Notes under the pieces: model-generated
What the model saw: only the letters and a program-made list of their open reading frames with translations
What the model was told of the DNA's origin: nothing
The model's database searches: none
Shown here: one piece after another, positions 40,549 to 61,629 of the stretch
Layout: the number at the start of each line of letters is the position of its first letter
Position numbering within the stretch: position 1 is the stretch's first letter
Made by a program: the position numbers and the translations under genes
Assembly (NCBI RefSeq): GCF_023055435.1
Contig: NW_025963846.1
Location: 5,518,001-5,582,000, forward strand
Direction of reading: 5' to 3'
Origin: Haliotis rufescens
Taxonomy: Eukaryota
Length of the DNA stretch: 64,000 bases

Positions 40549-41404
40549 AGATGGTATTTGTTGTTACCCTGTCTGGCGCTCGGCATTAAGGGGCTAAAAC
40601 AAGGAGTGGTCGGCTCGGAGTCAGTATACTGTGTCTGAGTGGGGTATCCATGTTAAACTGCGGCATGGTATCTCAGTGTGCTAGCACTATAAATCGGCAT
40701 CAGTCCGGACAAGTACACGCAGCCACACACAGTTATACACGTGCATGCACGTCGCTATATAAGTGCAATAATCTTGGACGCGACGTTAAACCCCATTTCA
40801 CCTCACCTCATATATCGTAGAAAGGACCTACATGTACTCTCGCACATGCACAACAAATACGTCAAATCAAAAGGGTAAATGTTGAATTGAAAAGCACGTT
40901 TCTGTAACATAAATAAATATAGCTTGAGATGAAAATTTGCTTCATAACATGGTGTCATACCAGAGCACGATGGCGTTATCCGCTTCCATACAATACGAAA
41001 TGGTTGGTGCCCTAAGTGTGCTGGGATTGTATCTAAAAAAACTGTCCTCGAAAATTCTTTAAAAAACTAATTATGCTTCATAAAGCTTGGCGTCTAAGTG
41101 AAATTACGTCTCAAACATCCATTATTTTAAGAGTGATATTATATATGATAAAGAGATTATATTCCTCGTGTGTTTCCGTATCATATACAGCATATATAAG
41201 GAATAGAAACTGTATTAGGTGAACATTTGAAATTATTAGCTGAGTGTGTTTCCGTTCCGCAAATATCGGACTAAGATCCTTGTGTAAGACCTTAGTGGTC
41301 AGTACAGGTCAGTGCTTGGGCAGTACAGGTATCCCTTCGGGCAGAATGAAATTGATGGCTGAAACAAATCCAAATCAGAGACTGTTCGGACGACGGCTAA
41401 TGAG

Positions 41405-41466
41405 CTTAGCAACGGTTACTAGGGATCAGCGTCCATGACAACCGGCTGACCACCACGTGTATATAA
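41405..41466 (+). promoter_or_regulatory. Alpha-tubulin copy 2 promoter: X-box-like elements and TATA box
   Basis: CTTAGCAACGGTTACTAGGGAT, GTCCATGACAAC and TATATAA. The block is conserved in copies 3 and 4. Confidence 0.65.
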
Positions 41467-41553
41467 GTGTCCGGGCACCTGCTCTCTACATCAGACTTTC
41501 TCACTCCAGACAACTTGCAGTCCACGTGAGGTCCACATCTACCTACAACAATC

Positions 41554-44426
<2,873 letters not shown>

Positions 44427-45679
44427 TGCTACCCCAGTTGGCACTCAAATGTTCCCTTGAAGGGACGACCGAATAAAAAAAGCGTAGAAACAAATGTTTT
44501 CTTTTCGTCAGTGTATAGTATTTAGTTTATATGCTTTTATAATTATTGGAAGAGTGAGTGAGTGAGTGAGTTGTGTTTAACGCCGCTATCACGGAGTGTC
44601 ATCGGGAGGAATGCCCGAAGTGATGCAGGTCTTAGACAACATGAAACACTGAATATTGCATTTTCATCTTCATGAAATATGAAATAGATTATGTGCTAAG
44701 TTTTCATCGTTATGCTCATTGAAGCCACCATTTATAACTGACGGAACACATATCATGTGCATATGTTAATAGAACCCTCAGTGGAATCCTCCAACAGATG
44801 ACAATTTCTGTCACTTAATAAAACACTATTTCTGGTGCAACTATGGTTCTCGTTAATCCGATTTCACTGAGAACGCATATGTCTGGATTAACCGGTTTCC
44901 ATTGTATCATATTGTTTCTTCTGATGCATTCAATTTTATTTCAACACCAATTCCTATTTCCTATTTCGACCTCCCGCCAACTGACAAAGTGGAAGGCAAA
45001 TTTGAAAGAAGAAAAATGATATTTTTGTTCGAAGCAAACGACAACGTAGTGTGTCCTCTTAAGGAAATGATGATTTCCCGTCCAGTCACAGGTCAGTCCT
45101 GACCAGTCCTTGACCCCCCTTCTCATCCTGATACAAGTGTGGTGTTCATTCATCGTAATAAATATCAGAAACAAACCAAAAGTCCTTCAGACAGAAAAGT
45201 ATAGGTATTTATTCTACAAGGTGTGCAGCCACACACCCATATAACATAATGAAAACAACGCAACATGGTAATCACAAGGCTGATGGATAAATTAATACAT
45301 TTTGTCAAAATCAAAACCTTTATTAGAATAATATGTTGTGTGATATTATGGAGCAGGATCGGATTTGCAGCTGACAAGAACCGACTGGGAGAGGGGGATG
45401 TGATTCGTCAGCCAGGATTTGTTACGGGTTCGGTCGTGTGGTTTAAGTAAAGGCTTTATTTGACAGCAATGTCGATGCGAATTTAATATTTCAGTTTAGA
45501 TTTTAGCTAGACTTCATGTTGAATTATTAGAGGGTCAAATTGCATGGGGAACACAACGCTGCAAGGTCCGAAATTATGTCTTTGAAACACACTACTATTG
45601 AGGTACAGTGGTTATTTTGGAATAATACTTTCAGGCCGACGGTAGATATAATAATACCATAGGGTCGACACTGTTGTTT

Positions 45680-48600
45680 CTGGAACACCATACTGGAGAG
45701 GTGACACTGGTGTCTTTGGAACACAATACTGGAGAGGTGACGCTGGTGTCTTTGGAACACAATACTAGAGAGGTCACACTGGTGTCTTTGGAACACAATA
45801 CTAGAGAGGTGACACTGGTGTCTTTGGAACACAATACTGGAGAGGTGACACTGGTGTCTTTGGAACACACCCAAAAAGTCAATACTGGAGGTGACACTGG
45901 TGTCTTTGGAACACAATACTGGAGAGGTGACACTGGTGTCTTTGGAATACAATACTAGAGAGGTGACACTGGTGTCTTTGGAACACAATACTAGAGAGGT
46001 GACACTGGTGTCTTTGGAACACACCCAAAAAGTCAATACTGGAGGTGACACTGGTGTCTTTGGAACACACCCAAAAAGTCAATACTGGAGGTGACACTGG
46101 TGTCTTTGGAATACAATACTGGAGAGGTGACACTGGTGTCTTTGGAACACAATACTAGAGAGGTGACACTGGTGTCTTTGGAACACACCCAAAAAGTCAA
46201 TACTGGAGGTGACACTGGTGTCTTTGGAACACAACGCTGGAGAGGTGACACTGGTGTCTTTGGAACACAATGCTGGAGAGGTGACACTGGTGTCTTTGGA
46301 ACACAATGCTGGAGAGGTGACACTGGTGTCTTTGGAATACAATACTAGAGAGGTGACACTGGTGTCTTTGGAACACAATGCTGGAGAGGTGACACTGGTG
46401 TCTTTGGAATACAATACTGGAGAGGTGACACTGGTGTCTTTGGAATACAATACTAGAGAGGTGACACTGGTGTCTTTGGAATACAATACTGGAGAGGTGA
46501 CACTGGTGTCTTTGGAATACAATACTAGAGAGGTCACACTGGTGTCTTTGGAATACAATACTGGAGAGGTGACACTGGTGTCTTTGGAACACAATACTGG
46601 AGAGGTGACACTGGTGTCTTTGGAATACAATACTAGAGAGGTGACACTGGTGTCTTTGGAACACAATACTAGAGAGGTCACACTGGTGTCTTTGGAATAC
46701 AATACTGGAGAGGTGACACTGGTGTCTTTGGAACACAATGCTGGAGAGGTGACACTGGTGTCTTTGGAATACAATACTAGAGAGGTGACACTGGTGTCTT
46801 TGGAACACAATGCTGGAGAGGTGACACTGGTGTCTTTGGAATACAATACTGGAGAGGTGACACTGGTGTCTTTGGAACACAATACTAGAGAGGTCACACT
46901 GGTGTCTTTGGAATACAATACTAGAGAGGTCACACTGGTGTCTTTGGAATACAATACTGGAGAGGTGACACTGGTGTCTTTGGAACACACCCACAAAGTC
47001 AATACTGGAGAGGTGACACTAGCGTTTTTGGAACACAATACTAGAGAAGTGACACTGGTGTCTTTGGAATACAATACTAGAGAGGTGACACTGGTGTCTT
47101 TGGAATACAATACTAGAGAAGTGACACTGGTGTCTTTGGAATACAATAATAGAGAGGTGACACTGGTGTCTTTGGAATACAATACTGGAGAAGTGACACT
47201 GGTGTCTTTGGAACACAATACTAGAGAGGTGACACTGGTGTCTTTGGAACACAATACTAGAGAGGTGACACTGGTGTCTTTGGAACACACCCAAAAAGTC
47301 AATACTGGAGGTGACACTGGTGTCTTTGGAACACAACGCTGGAGAGGTGACACTGGTGTCTTTGGAACACAATGCTGGAGAGGTGACACTGGTGTCTTTG
47401 GAACACAATGCTGGAGAGGTGACACTGGTGTCTTTGGAATACAATACTAGAGAGGTGACACTGGTGTCTTTGGAACACAATGCTGGAGAGGTGACACTGG
47501 TGTCTTTGGAATACAATACTGGAGAGGTGACACTGGTGTCTTTGGAATACAATACTAGAGAGGTGACACTGGTGTCTTTGGAATACAATACTGGAGAGGT
47601 GACACTGGTGTCTTTGGAATACAATACTAGAGAGGTCACACTGGTGTCTTTGGAATACAATACTGGAGAGGTGACACTGGTGTCTTTGGAACACAATACT
47701 GGAGAGGTGACACTGGTGTCTTTGGAATACAATACTAGAGAGGTGACACTGGTGTCTTTGGAACACAATACTAGAGAGGTCACACTGGTGTCTTTGGAAT
47801 ACAATACTGGAGAGGTGACACTGGTGTCTTTGGAACACAATGCTGGAGAGGTGACACTGGTGTCTTTGGAATACAATACTAGAGAGGTGACACTGGTGTC
47901 TTTGGAACACAATGCTGGAGAGGTGACACTGGTGTCTTTGGAATACAATACTAGAGAGGTGACACTGGTGTCTTTGGAACACAATACTAGAGAGGTCACA
48001 CTGGTGTCTTTGGAATACAATACTAGAGAGGTCACACTGGTGTCTTTGGAATACAATACTGGAGAGGTGACACTGGTGTCTTTGGAACACACCCACAAAG
48101 TCAATACTGGAGAGGTGACACTAGCGTTTTTGGAACACAATACTAGAGAAGTGACACTGGTGTCTTTGGAATACAATACTAGAGAGGTGACACTGGTGTC
48201 TTTGGAATACAATACTAGAGAAGTGACACTGGTGTCTTTGGAATACAATAATAGAGAGGTGACACTGGTGTCTTTGGAATACAATACTGGAGAAGTGACA
48301 CTGGTGTCTTTGGAACACAATACTAGAGAGGTGACACTGGTGTCTTTGAAACACAATACTAGAGAGGTGACACTGGTGTCTTTGGAACACACCCAAAAAG
48401 TCAATACTGGAGGTGACACTGGTGTCTTTGGAACACAATGCTGGAGAGGTGACACTGGTGTCTTTGGAACACAATACTAGAGAGGTGACACTGGTGTCTT
48501 TGGAAGACAATACTAGAGAAGTGACACTGGTGTCTTTGGAACACACCCAAAAAGTCAATACTGGAGGTGACACTGGTGTCTTTGGAACACAATGCTGGAG

Positions 48601-49018
48601 AGGTGACACTGGTGTCTTTGGAACACAATACTGGAGAGGTGACACTGGTGTCTTTGGAACACAATACTGGAGAGGTGACACTGGTGTCTTTGGAACACAC
48701 CCACAAAGTCAATACTGGAGAGGTGACACTAGCGTTTTTGGAACACACCCAAAAAGTCAATACTGGAGGTGACACTGGTGTCTTTGGAACACAATGCTGG
48801 AGAGGTGACACTGGTGTGTTTGGAACACAATACTAGAGAAGTGACACTGGTGTCTTTGAAACACAATACTAGAGAGGTGACACTGGTGTCTTTGGAATAC
48901 AATACTGGAGAGGTGACACTGGTGTCTTTGGAACACAATACTGGAGAGGTGACACTGGTGTCTTTGGAACACACCCACAAAGTCAATACTGGAGAGGTGA
49001 CACTAGCGTTTTTGGAAC
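45680..49018. repeat. Tandem satellite, 36-bp unit with a ~1.1-kb higher-order duplication
   Basis: ggaacacaatactggagaggtgacactggtgtcttt repeated about 90 times. Variant patterns repeat at a 1102-bp offset (46209 vs 47311). Confidence 0.95.
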
Positions 49019-49091
49019 AATATTTTACGACTGCACATCATTAGTATTATTGTTATCATTATATTGTTGCATTATTATTAATGTAAGAGTG

Positions 49092-49300
49092 TGTGAGTGA
49101 GTGAGTTGGGTTTAACGCCGCTTTCACCAGTATTCCAGCTATATTACGGCGTGTCAGCTTAATGTGGGAGGAAAGCCCGAAGTGATGCAGGTCTCAGACG
49201 TTTACCACCTCAGTGAAACCCAAGAGCACGGGTATGGTGCTGACAAACCTAGAAACATAATCGGGGCGAACCGGGATTCGAACCCACAATCATAGGTTTC
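49092..49300 (-). mobile_element. Family B SINE, 5'-truncated
   Basis: Reverse complement of the family B B box, body and tail. A smaller tail remnant lies at ~44553-44640. Confidence 0.85.
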
Positions 49301-50304
49301 ATAGACATAATCAAATTGAGCAATCGTTCTTTCAATTTTCAATTACATAAAAAAACAACTCGGTATGCTCGGTATACTCTCAGTTTATGAAATGATGAAA
49401 TCATACAACTTAAAAAAGGATGTAATAGCGAAATGGCTTGAACATTTAACGTGTAAATTAGACCTTAGATTCAGCTCTCACCTGACTGTGTCAGTGTTAT
49501 TTGACAGTCGACTAATGTTGTACAGTTTATAATGGCGTATTAGACTTTCCATCAAATGTAATCATGAATTACATGTACTGAAAAATTGACATATTTTAGT
49601 TTGACGTCATAGCTTGTTTGACGACGTCGGAGAAAGACGACAACGTTTGATTAATATATAGGATATTCCATGTGTTGAGTGAAATATTATGTTTCTCTCA
49701 TCGAGTGACGGGGAAAAGAAGATATTATCACGAGTTGCAAAGCCACGGGGAAACATGGTATTTCACTCGACACATTGAATATCCAATTTATTATATACTT
49801 TTTGTGCAGTTTTTGTACCGGAAAATTAAATGTGTAACTCATGTAAGACATTACTTCCGTCGAAATGAAATATCAAGTGTTATGTTCAGTGCAAGAAAAC
49901 ATCGCTCTTCTCAACTTTAGAAAAATCAGTCTTTCACACTAAATTATGTAATAGATATCTCACCCAATTTTCTTTCATAGGATCTCCATTTGTAAAACTG
50001 AATTTCAAGATCTTTCATACTATAAACGAAAATTAGTTGAGGTATTTATTGGTCAAAGACATAAACAGAGATTATCATACGAGCATGTGTGTCGTGCTGA
50101 TGTTACAAACGACTGCCGGTGTATTTCCCAAGAGAGGGCGAGTTTCGAAAAATCAGTATGACAAACATGCGAGTGTAATATATTCTTTATTGACTGGATT
50201 GACTGTATGTTTTTCGATTCATTTTAAGGATTGAATGTTTATGTTTTCGGTTAATTGAGGTATGAATTGCTAAACCGATGTGCAAACTGTATGGATCCGC
50301 ACAG

Positions 50305-50862
50305 CTGACGACTGTCGTAAAAATATGGGAGCTGCGATCACCTTAGCGCTACGATTGTTGTAAGTCTACCTTAATATATGGGAGTTACGGTCATCTTAGC
50401 GCTACGACTGTCGTAAGTCTATCTTAATATATGGGAGTTACGATTACCTTAGCGCTACGATTGTTGTAAATCTATCTTAATATATGGGAGTTACGATCAC
50501 CTTAGCGCTCCGACTGTCGTAAGTCTATCTTAATATATGGGAGTTACGATCACCTTAGCGCTATGATTGTCGTAAGTCTATCTTGATATATGGGAGTTGC
50601 GTTCACCTTAGCGCTACGACTGTCGTAAGTCTATCTTAATATATAGGAGTTACGGTCACCTTAGCGCTACGATTGTCGTAAGTCTATCTTAATATATGGG
50701 AGTTACGATTACCTTAGCGCTACGATTGTCGTAAGTCTATCTTAATATATGGGAGTTGCGATTGTCGTAAATCTATCTTAGTATATGGGAGTTTCGGTCA
50801 CCTTAGCGCTACGATTGTCGTAAATCTATGTTAATATATGGGAATTGCGATCGCCTTAGCGC
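50305..50862. repeat. Tandem satellite, 53-bp unit, related to the MITE at 20846
   Basis: tatatgggagttacgatcaccttagcgctacgactgtcgtaagtctatcttaa repeated about 10 times. Confidence 0.92.
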
Positions 50863-51196
50863 CACGTTTGCTTTGCGGAACGGTCCTGGGCCATTCCTGC
50901 CACCGATGATTCATGGAATAGTTATAAATCAACATAATATACTGACGAATAGGTTCTCATGTTTACAGATAGGGCCCAGGAGTTCTGGGAGTTATATTAC
51001 CCAGGCTTCACCCAGGCATCCACGTTGCACGCCACTGGATGTACTAAACATTATGCACGCATGTTTGATGGTGGCTTAAAATGAAACTTACAAAACAAAC
51101 TTATTCGATGGTGATGTATTTGATACGGGTATCATAGTTCTGTTTTGGGCGATACCACAACACGTGAGCGAGTTAATATTTAACCTCGCATCGGCA

Positions 51197-51367
51197 TTAC
51201 CATTTCGGTGAAACCCAAGAGCACGGGTATGGTGCTGACAAACCTAGAAACATAATCGGGGCGAACCGGGATTCGAACCCACAATCATAGGTTTCCGGCG
51301 TGCCCAAGGGACGCAACTCTGCACAGTGAATCGCGGCGCCTTAGACGACTGGGCCACCCGTGCCCCT
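51197..51367 (-). mobile_element. Family B SINE, 3'-truncated (head intact)
   Basis: Reverse complement of GGGGCACGGGTGGCCCAGTCGTCTAAGGCGCC...GGTTCGAATCCC. Confidence 0.85.
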
Positions 51368-52061
51368 CCCAGTGTTGTAAGGTTCAGTGCCAAAACTTTC
51401 AAAGCTTTCTTAAATCTGCGCAAGAACATTTTATATCAGAGCTAAAGTATTTATATTTTCTAGTTTATTCTGTATTTTATGTAAACGTATTCTGTTTTTT
51501 ACGTAACTGTATTCTGATTTATATTTAGGAGATTGGTGTGTTTTGAATATGTTGTGTACATACTTTTAGTCTCTCATAACTCCAAAAGGAGTTGCTCATA
51601 TTTATATCACAATATAAAATGTTTCATATGTTAAAACAAGGTGAGACTCAAATATATTAGCTTTCTGTCTGTCTGTTTATTAATCTCCTTGAGTATGCAT
51701 GATCAGAACACACAATCGGACTTTCGCTGTCGCGATCTGGTAAGCGATGTTTTGATTGGTCGGATGAAAGGTCATTCTGAAGTAACCTATAATGGGATAT
51801 CCTCTTATCTATGTGCAGCGGTAGCAAGCACTAAGATCTCGATCTAAAGGGCCTGTCCTGTTTCGGCGACTGTTTTTAGCCTAATAACGTATTGATAACG
51901 TTTGTCATTTTTGGGCCAAATCAAATTTCAATTGTTTGCTTTCTTTTCATATTCAAACAAAATCGACTTGAGCACATTTCTTTTTATATGTTCAAAATAT
52001 AAGATCAGAATTCTTTGGGGAGGACGAAAATGCAAACTTGTGTGATCCTCACATAGTCACG

Positions 52062-52337
52062 GGGTGGAACGGGTGGCCCAGTCATCTAAGGCGCCGCGAT
52101 TCGCTGTGCAGAGTTGCGTCTCTGTGGCATGGCAGAACCCAATGATTGTGGGTTCGAATCCCGGTTCGCCCCGATTATGTTTCTAGGTTTGTCAGCACCA
52201 TACCCGTGCTCGTGGGTTTCATCGAAATGGTAAACGTCTGAGACCTGCATCACTTCGGGCCTTCCTCCAACATTAAGCTGACACGCCGTGATATAACTGG
52301 AATACTGTTACAAGCGGCATTAAACACAACTCACACA
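52062..52337 (+). mobile_element. Family B SINE, full length, just downstream of the tubulin copy 3 poly(A) signal
   Basis: A and B boxes, tail, and TSD ctcacatagtcacg/ctcacacagtcacg. Confidence 0.88.
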
Positions 52338-52442
52338 CTCACACAGTCACGATCGAAAATCAAACAAAAGAGGAAACATTTTAAACTTTTTTTATTCGGT
52401 CGTTCCATCAAGGGAACATTTGAGTGTCAGTTTGGGGTAGCA

Positions 52443-54658
<2,216 letters not shown>

Positions 54659-54755
54659 GATTGTAGATGATTGTAGTTGTTGTATGTAGATCTCACGTGG
54701 ACTGCAAGTTGTCTGGTGTGAGAAAGACTGACGTAGAGAGGAGGTGCCCGGACGC

Positions 54756-54817
54756 TTATATACACGTAGTGGTCAGTCTGTTGTCAAGGACGCTGATCCC
54801 CAGTAACCGTTGCTAAG
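54756..54817 (-). promoter_or_regulatory. Alpha-tubulin copy 3 promoter: X-box-like elements and TATA box
   Basis: Reverse strand reads CTTAGCAACGGTTACTGGGGAT..GTCCTTGACAAC..TATATAA. Confidence 0.65.
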
Positions 54818-55199
54818 CTCATTACGACGGCGGCGTCTGGTGTTTAAGGGTGAAGGTTCACTTGAGTCAGGATTATCATTGCGTGCTTAATCATCTAAAT
54901 GCTGGCAGCCTAATTAACAGAAGGTACATTGAACGCTTAATTAATGATTGTGTACTTGTAGCATCGTATTGTTCCTTGCTACAACTTGTGAGCTATTTTA
55001 TTTACTTAATGCGTAATGAGACTTCTATGTTTCTACAGCCAGGGCTCATATCCAAAGTTTCTTTTTAATGTTTTTTTCCAACTTGATGTAACGTTTAACC
55101 TATTATGATACATTTTATTTCCCGAAACAAAACTAAATGTTACTGTTAACCGATACGAACTGGTTTCTTTTCCAAGACCCAGCTTGATGCGATGTTTCA

Positions 55200-56328
55200 T
55201 TGGTTGGAAATGATTTTCTTTCCAAGGCCGAACGAAATGCGCACCTAATGTTTCACTGATATGAAATACATAACTTTCTTAGACCCAGACAGAAGCACTG
55301 TTTCACTAATATGAAATATATTACTTTTTCAGACCCAGATAGGTTCACTGTTTCACTAATATGGAAGAGATTACTTTCTTAGACCCAGATAGGTGCACTG
55401 TTTCACTAATATGAAATAGATTACTTTCTAAGACCCAGATAGGTACAATGTTTCACTAATATGAATTAGATTACTTTCTAAGACCCATATAGGTACAATG
55501 TTTCACGAATATGAAATAGATTACTTTCTTAGACCCAGATAGGTGCACTGTTTCACTAATATGAAATATATTACTTTCTTAGACCCAGATAGGTGCACTT
55601 TTTCACTAATATGAAATTGATTACTTTCTAAGACCCATATAGGTGCAATGTTTCACGAATATGAAACATATTACTTTCTTAGACCCAGATAGGTGCAATG
55701 TTTCACTAATATTAAAGAGATTACTTTCTAAGACCCAGATAGGATCACTGTTTCACTAATATGAAATATATTACTTTCTTAGAACCAGATAGGTGCACTT
55801 TTTCACTAATATGAAATTGATTACTTTCTAAGACCCAGATAGGTACAATGTTTCACGAATATGAAATAGATTACTTTCTTAGACACAGATAGGGGCACTG
55901 TTTCACTAATATGAAATAGATTACTTTCTTAGACCCAGATAGGTGCACTTTTTCAATAATATGAAATTGATTACTTTCTAAGACCAAGATAGGTACAATG
56001 TTTCACGAATATGAAATAGATTACTTTCTTAGACCCAGATAGGTGCACTATTTCACTAATATGAAATAGATTACTTTCTAAGACCCAGATAGGTACAATG
56101 TTTCACTGATATGAAATATATTACTTTCTAAGACCCAGATAGGTACCATGTTTCACTAATATGAAATAGATTACTTTCTAAGACCCATATAGGTTCAATG
56201 TTTCACTAATATGAAAGAGATTACTTTCTAAGACCAAGATAGATGCAATGTTTCACTGATATGAAATAGATTACTTTCTAAGACCCAGATAGGTGCAATG
56301 TTTCACTAATATGAAAGAGTTTACTTCC
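55200..56328. repeat. Tandem satellite, 50-bp unit, upstream of tubulin copy 3
   Basis: agacccagataggtgcactgtttcactaatatgaaatagattactttcta repeated about 22 times. Confidence 0.94.
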
Positions 56329-57499
56329 AACAGGAGATGTATCGCTTTACTGATACCAACGATTTATCAGTTAATGGAGCATGAACCGTCTGACGTCTAG
56401 AAAATGTACATTTGTGAAATATGCAAATCATGTTTCAACGTATATTTATCATAAATAACGGCAGATATGCGCTTGATAAACATGTGTCCACACCAATGCA
56501 TGTTAAACTGATAAAGAATCCTCTACACTTTACTGAGGTATTGCTCTCTGCAAGGCGTTTCCGACATCCGGTGACCTTTTACTGTTGCAAATTATCGCAT
56601 AAGAAGTTGCACCATTTCATCAACGTATTATGTACAGACTTGACAATCAACGAAAACCATTGTGTGTTTATAGTGCTTCATTTTTGTGAACTCAAGAGTG
56701 CACCGTGTCCACCATTTCGGAATAATGAGAGAGTTTCCTCCCCCTAAGCGACTGTTTATTCATTGTAATGTGAAATAGGTGAAGGGTTCGAGGCTATCTA
56801 CAATGAAAAGCCAAGTCAAAAAGCTAATACGCAAAAGCGTTGCACAACACAGCAGTGCACATGAAGTGATGACAAACTAAGTCACGTGCAGTACGTCATC
56901 GGGTGTCTGCCGGTAGAAGGCTTCATCTGAAGCTCTGTCAAACAACGTTCTTCATAAACAAAGGTATAACTTATATCTGTAATATTCAATGCAGGTCAAG
57001 ATGATAACGTTCCTTAATAAGTGATTTAGACAATTTAACGTAATAATGTGTACACTCAATCTGGACAGATGTATCAAATTGGATATATTATTAGTCGATA
57101 ACGTTTTACGCAGTTTACACATATTTGGCCAGATATAACAATTCTTTGGGGTATAAAGAAGTCGTTGTTGGGGAAGAGCTTCACATCTGAAAAGATAGTG
57201 AAACAGATGCGGTCTTCTCTCAGAAACCCTCGCCATCGGCCGGTTTCAATGGGTAAATGATGATTCGAAGTGCGAAAATGTAAAATCGGTAAGTAGATAG
57301 TTTTGGGAAGTAATTATAGAACATTTTCGAATTTTGGTAATTCTTCAAAGTGTTGGTAATTTAAACGTTTTGAACTTGATGAGATACATTCTCGCTACTG
57401 TTGTATAAATTGGTCTTTAAGAATTCTCTCGACCTTTGAAACCAGCCAGTAAGTTGAGCAAATAGATGGGTTTATTTGATTGCAAATAGATTGTATCGA

Positions 57500-57845
57500 C
57501 TGAACAATGTATGGTATTGACTACACAACGTATGGCATTGACTGTACATAATGTACACATTTTATGGTATTGATTGTAAATACTCTAATGTATGTTATTG
57601 ACTTCATAACGTATGATATTGACTATAAACAGTTTATTGAATATGTATAATCTATGGTATTGACTATACACAATTTTTTTATTGACTGCCTATAATGTAT
57701 GGTATTTTCTGTACACAGCGTATGGTATTCACTATATTATTAACTGTACACAATGTATGGTATTCATTGTGCACAATGTATGGTATTCATTGTGCACAAC
57801 GTAAGGTATTCACTGTTGACAACGTATGGTATCGACTATCAATGT
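57500..57845. repeat. Degenerate ~23-bp tandem repeat
   Basis: aatgtatggtattgactgtacac-like units. Confidence 0.7.
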
Positions 57846-58622
57846 TGTTACTCGAACCCGGTTGTTTCACTTGGCGAGTAAGTGAGTTTAAATTTTACAT
57901 CACATGGGCAATTTTCAGCCATATTGTGACGAACATGACAAGCAGATGTTTCTAAAACCCAATATGAAATGCAACATCTGTTAACAGCGTATCATTCTCA
58001 ATACGCCAAAGTCCAATGACTCGGTGCACCATATCCAATGGCGTTAATATCAGCTTAATCCTAAGAATGCAGTGATGAATTTGGAATACTTAGGGGCGCG
58101 GAAGGGTGCGGTATTGATGGGTGGAGGAGGTCCAAATAATTGGGGAATCCACTAAGTATACATCTAAAGAATACGTTCCTGAATAACTGTTTTTTACAGA
58201 ATTTTTGAATCAATATGCGAAGGCCAGACACGCTTGTGATTACAGCTATACACGGTTACATGAAATAACTCGTATTTGGTTGAAGGTTTTACAAGTATTG
58301 AATCCTCTTTCATCATCAGTTTACATAGTTGCACAAAAAGGCTGTGTGTAGGGACACAAATTAATTGTTATTTGCCAAAGGATCCACTCAGGGTGGTATA
58401 AACACAGAAGGAGCTTAAATGCGAATAATCAGGTAATAAAAAACTATCTATTTCAGCCTTTTTCAAAATGACGAAAATCCTTTATTTTCCTTGTGGTCTT
58501 CGGATACTCACGAAAGTAAGTAAAATCAATACGATGCAAAAACAAAAACAAAACATTTCTTTCTGAGCTTTTTTATTTGGTCGTTCCATTCGGGGAACAT
58601 TTGAGTGTCAACTGGGGTAGCA

Positions 58623-61158
<2,536 letters not shown>

Positions 61159-61245
61159 GATTGTTGTAGGTAGATGTGGATCTCACGTGGACTGCAAGTT
61201 GTCTGGTGTGAGAAAATCTGATGTAGAGAACAGGTCCCTGGACAC

Positions 61246-61307
61246 TTATATACACGTCGTGTTCAACCGGTTGTCAAGGACGCTGATCCCCAGTAACCGT
61301 TGCTAAG
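61246..61307 (-). promoter_or_regulatory. Alpha-tubulin copy 4 promoter: X-box-like elements and TATA box
   Basis: Same block as copy 3. Confidence 0.65.
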
Positions 61308-61629
61308 CTCATTACGACGGCGGCGTCTGGGGTTTCAGGGTGAAGGTTCACTTGAGCCGGGATTATCATTGTGTTCTTAATAATCTAAATGCTGACAGCC
61401 TAATTAACAGAAGGTACATTGACAACTTAATTAATGATTGTTTACTTGTAGCATCGTATTGTTTCTCTTTTATTTACTTAATGCATAATGAAACTTCCTT
61501 TTTTTCTACAGCCTGGGCTAATATCTAAAGTTTCTTTTTTTCCAACTTGATGCCACGTTTAACCTATATTTTATGATATATCTTATTTCCCGAGAAAAAA
61601 TAAATGTAACCGATATGAACTCGTTTCTT

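Larger units (their letters stand above)
37281..40810 (+). mobile_element. tRNA-headed SINE, family C (Meta/MESC-like core), interrupted by a family A copy and a LINE
   Basis: Segments 37281-37308, 37521-37611 and 40549-40810 join into one SINE homologous to 42623-42919. (CACCT)n tail. Confidence 0.82.

Noticed and set aside
45680-49018. CRISPR-like appearance (36-bp partly palindromic repeat)
   Set aside because: Units are contiguous with no unique spacers, there are no cas genes, and the context is eukaryotic. The same applies to the 49-, 50- and 53-bp arrays.
45527-49044. Long ORFs (up to 478 aa) on both strands in the 36-bp array
   Set aside because: The unit length is a multiple of 3 and lacks stops in some frames. 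There is no splice or promoter context, and frames shift at variant units. Satellite artefact.
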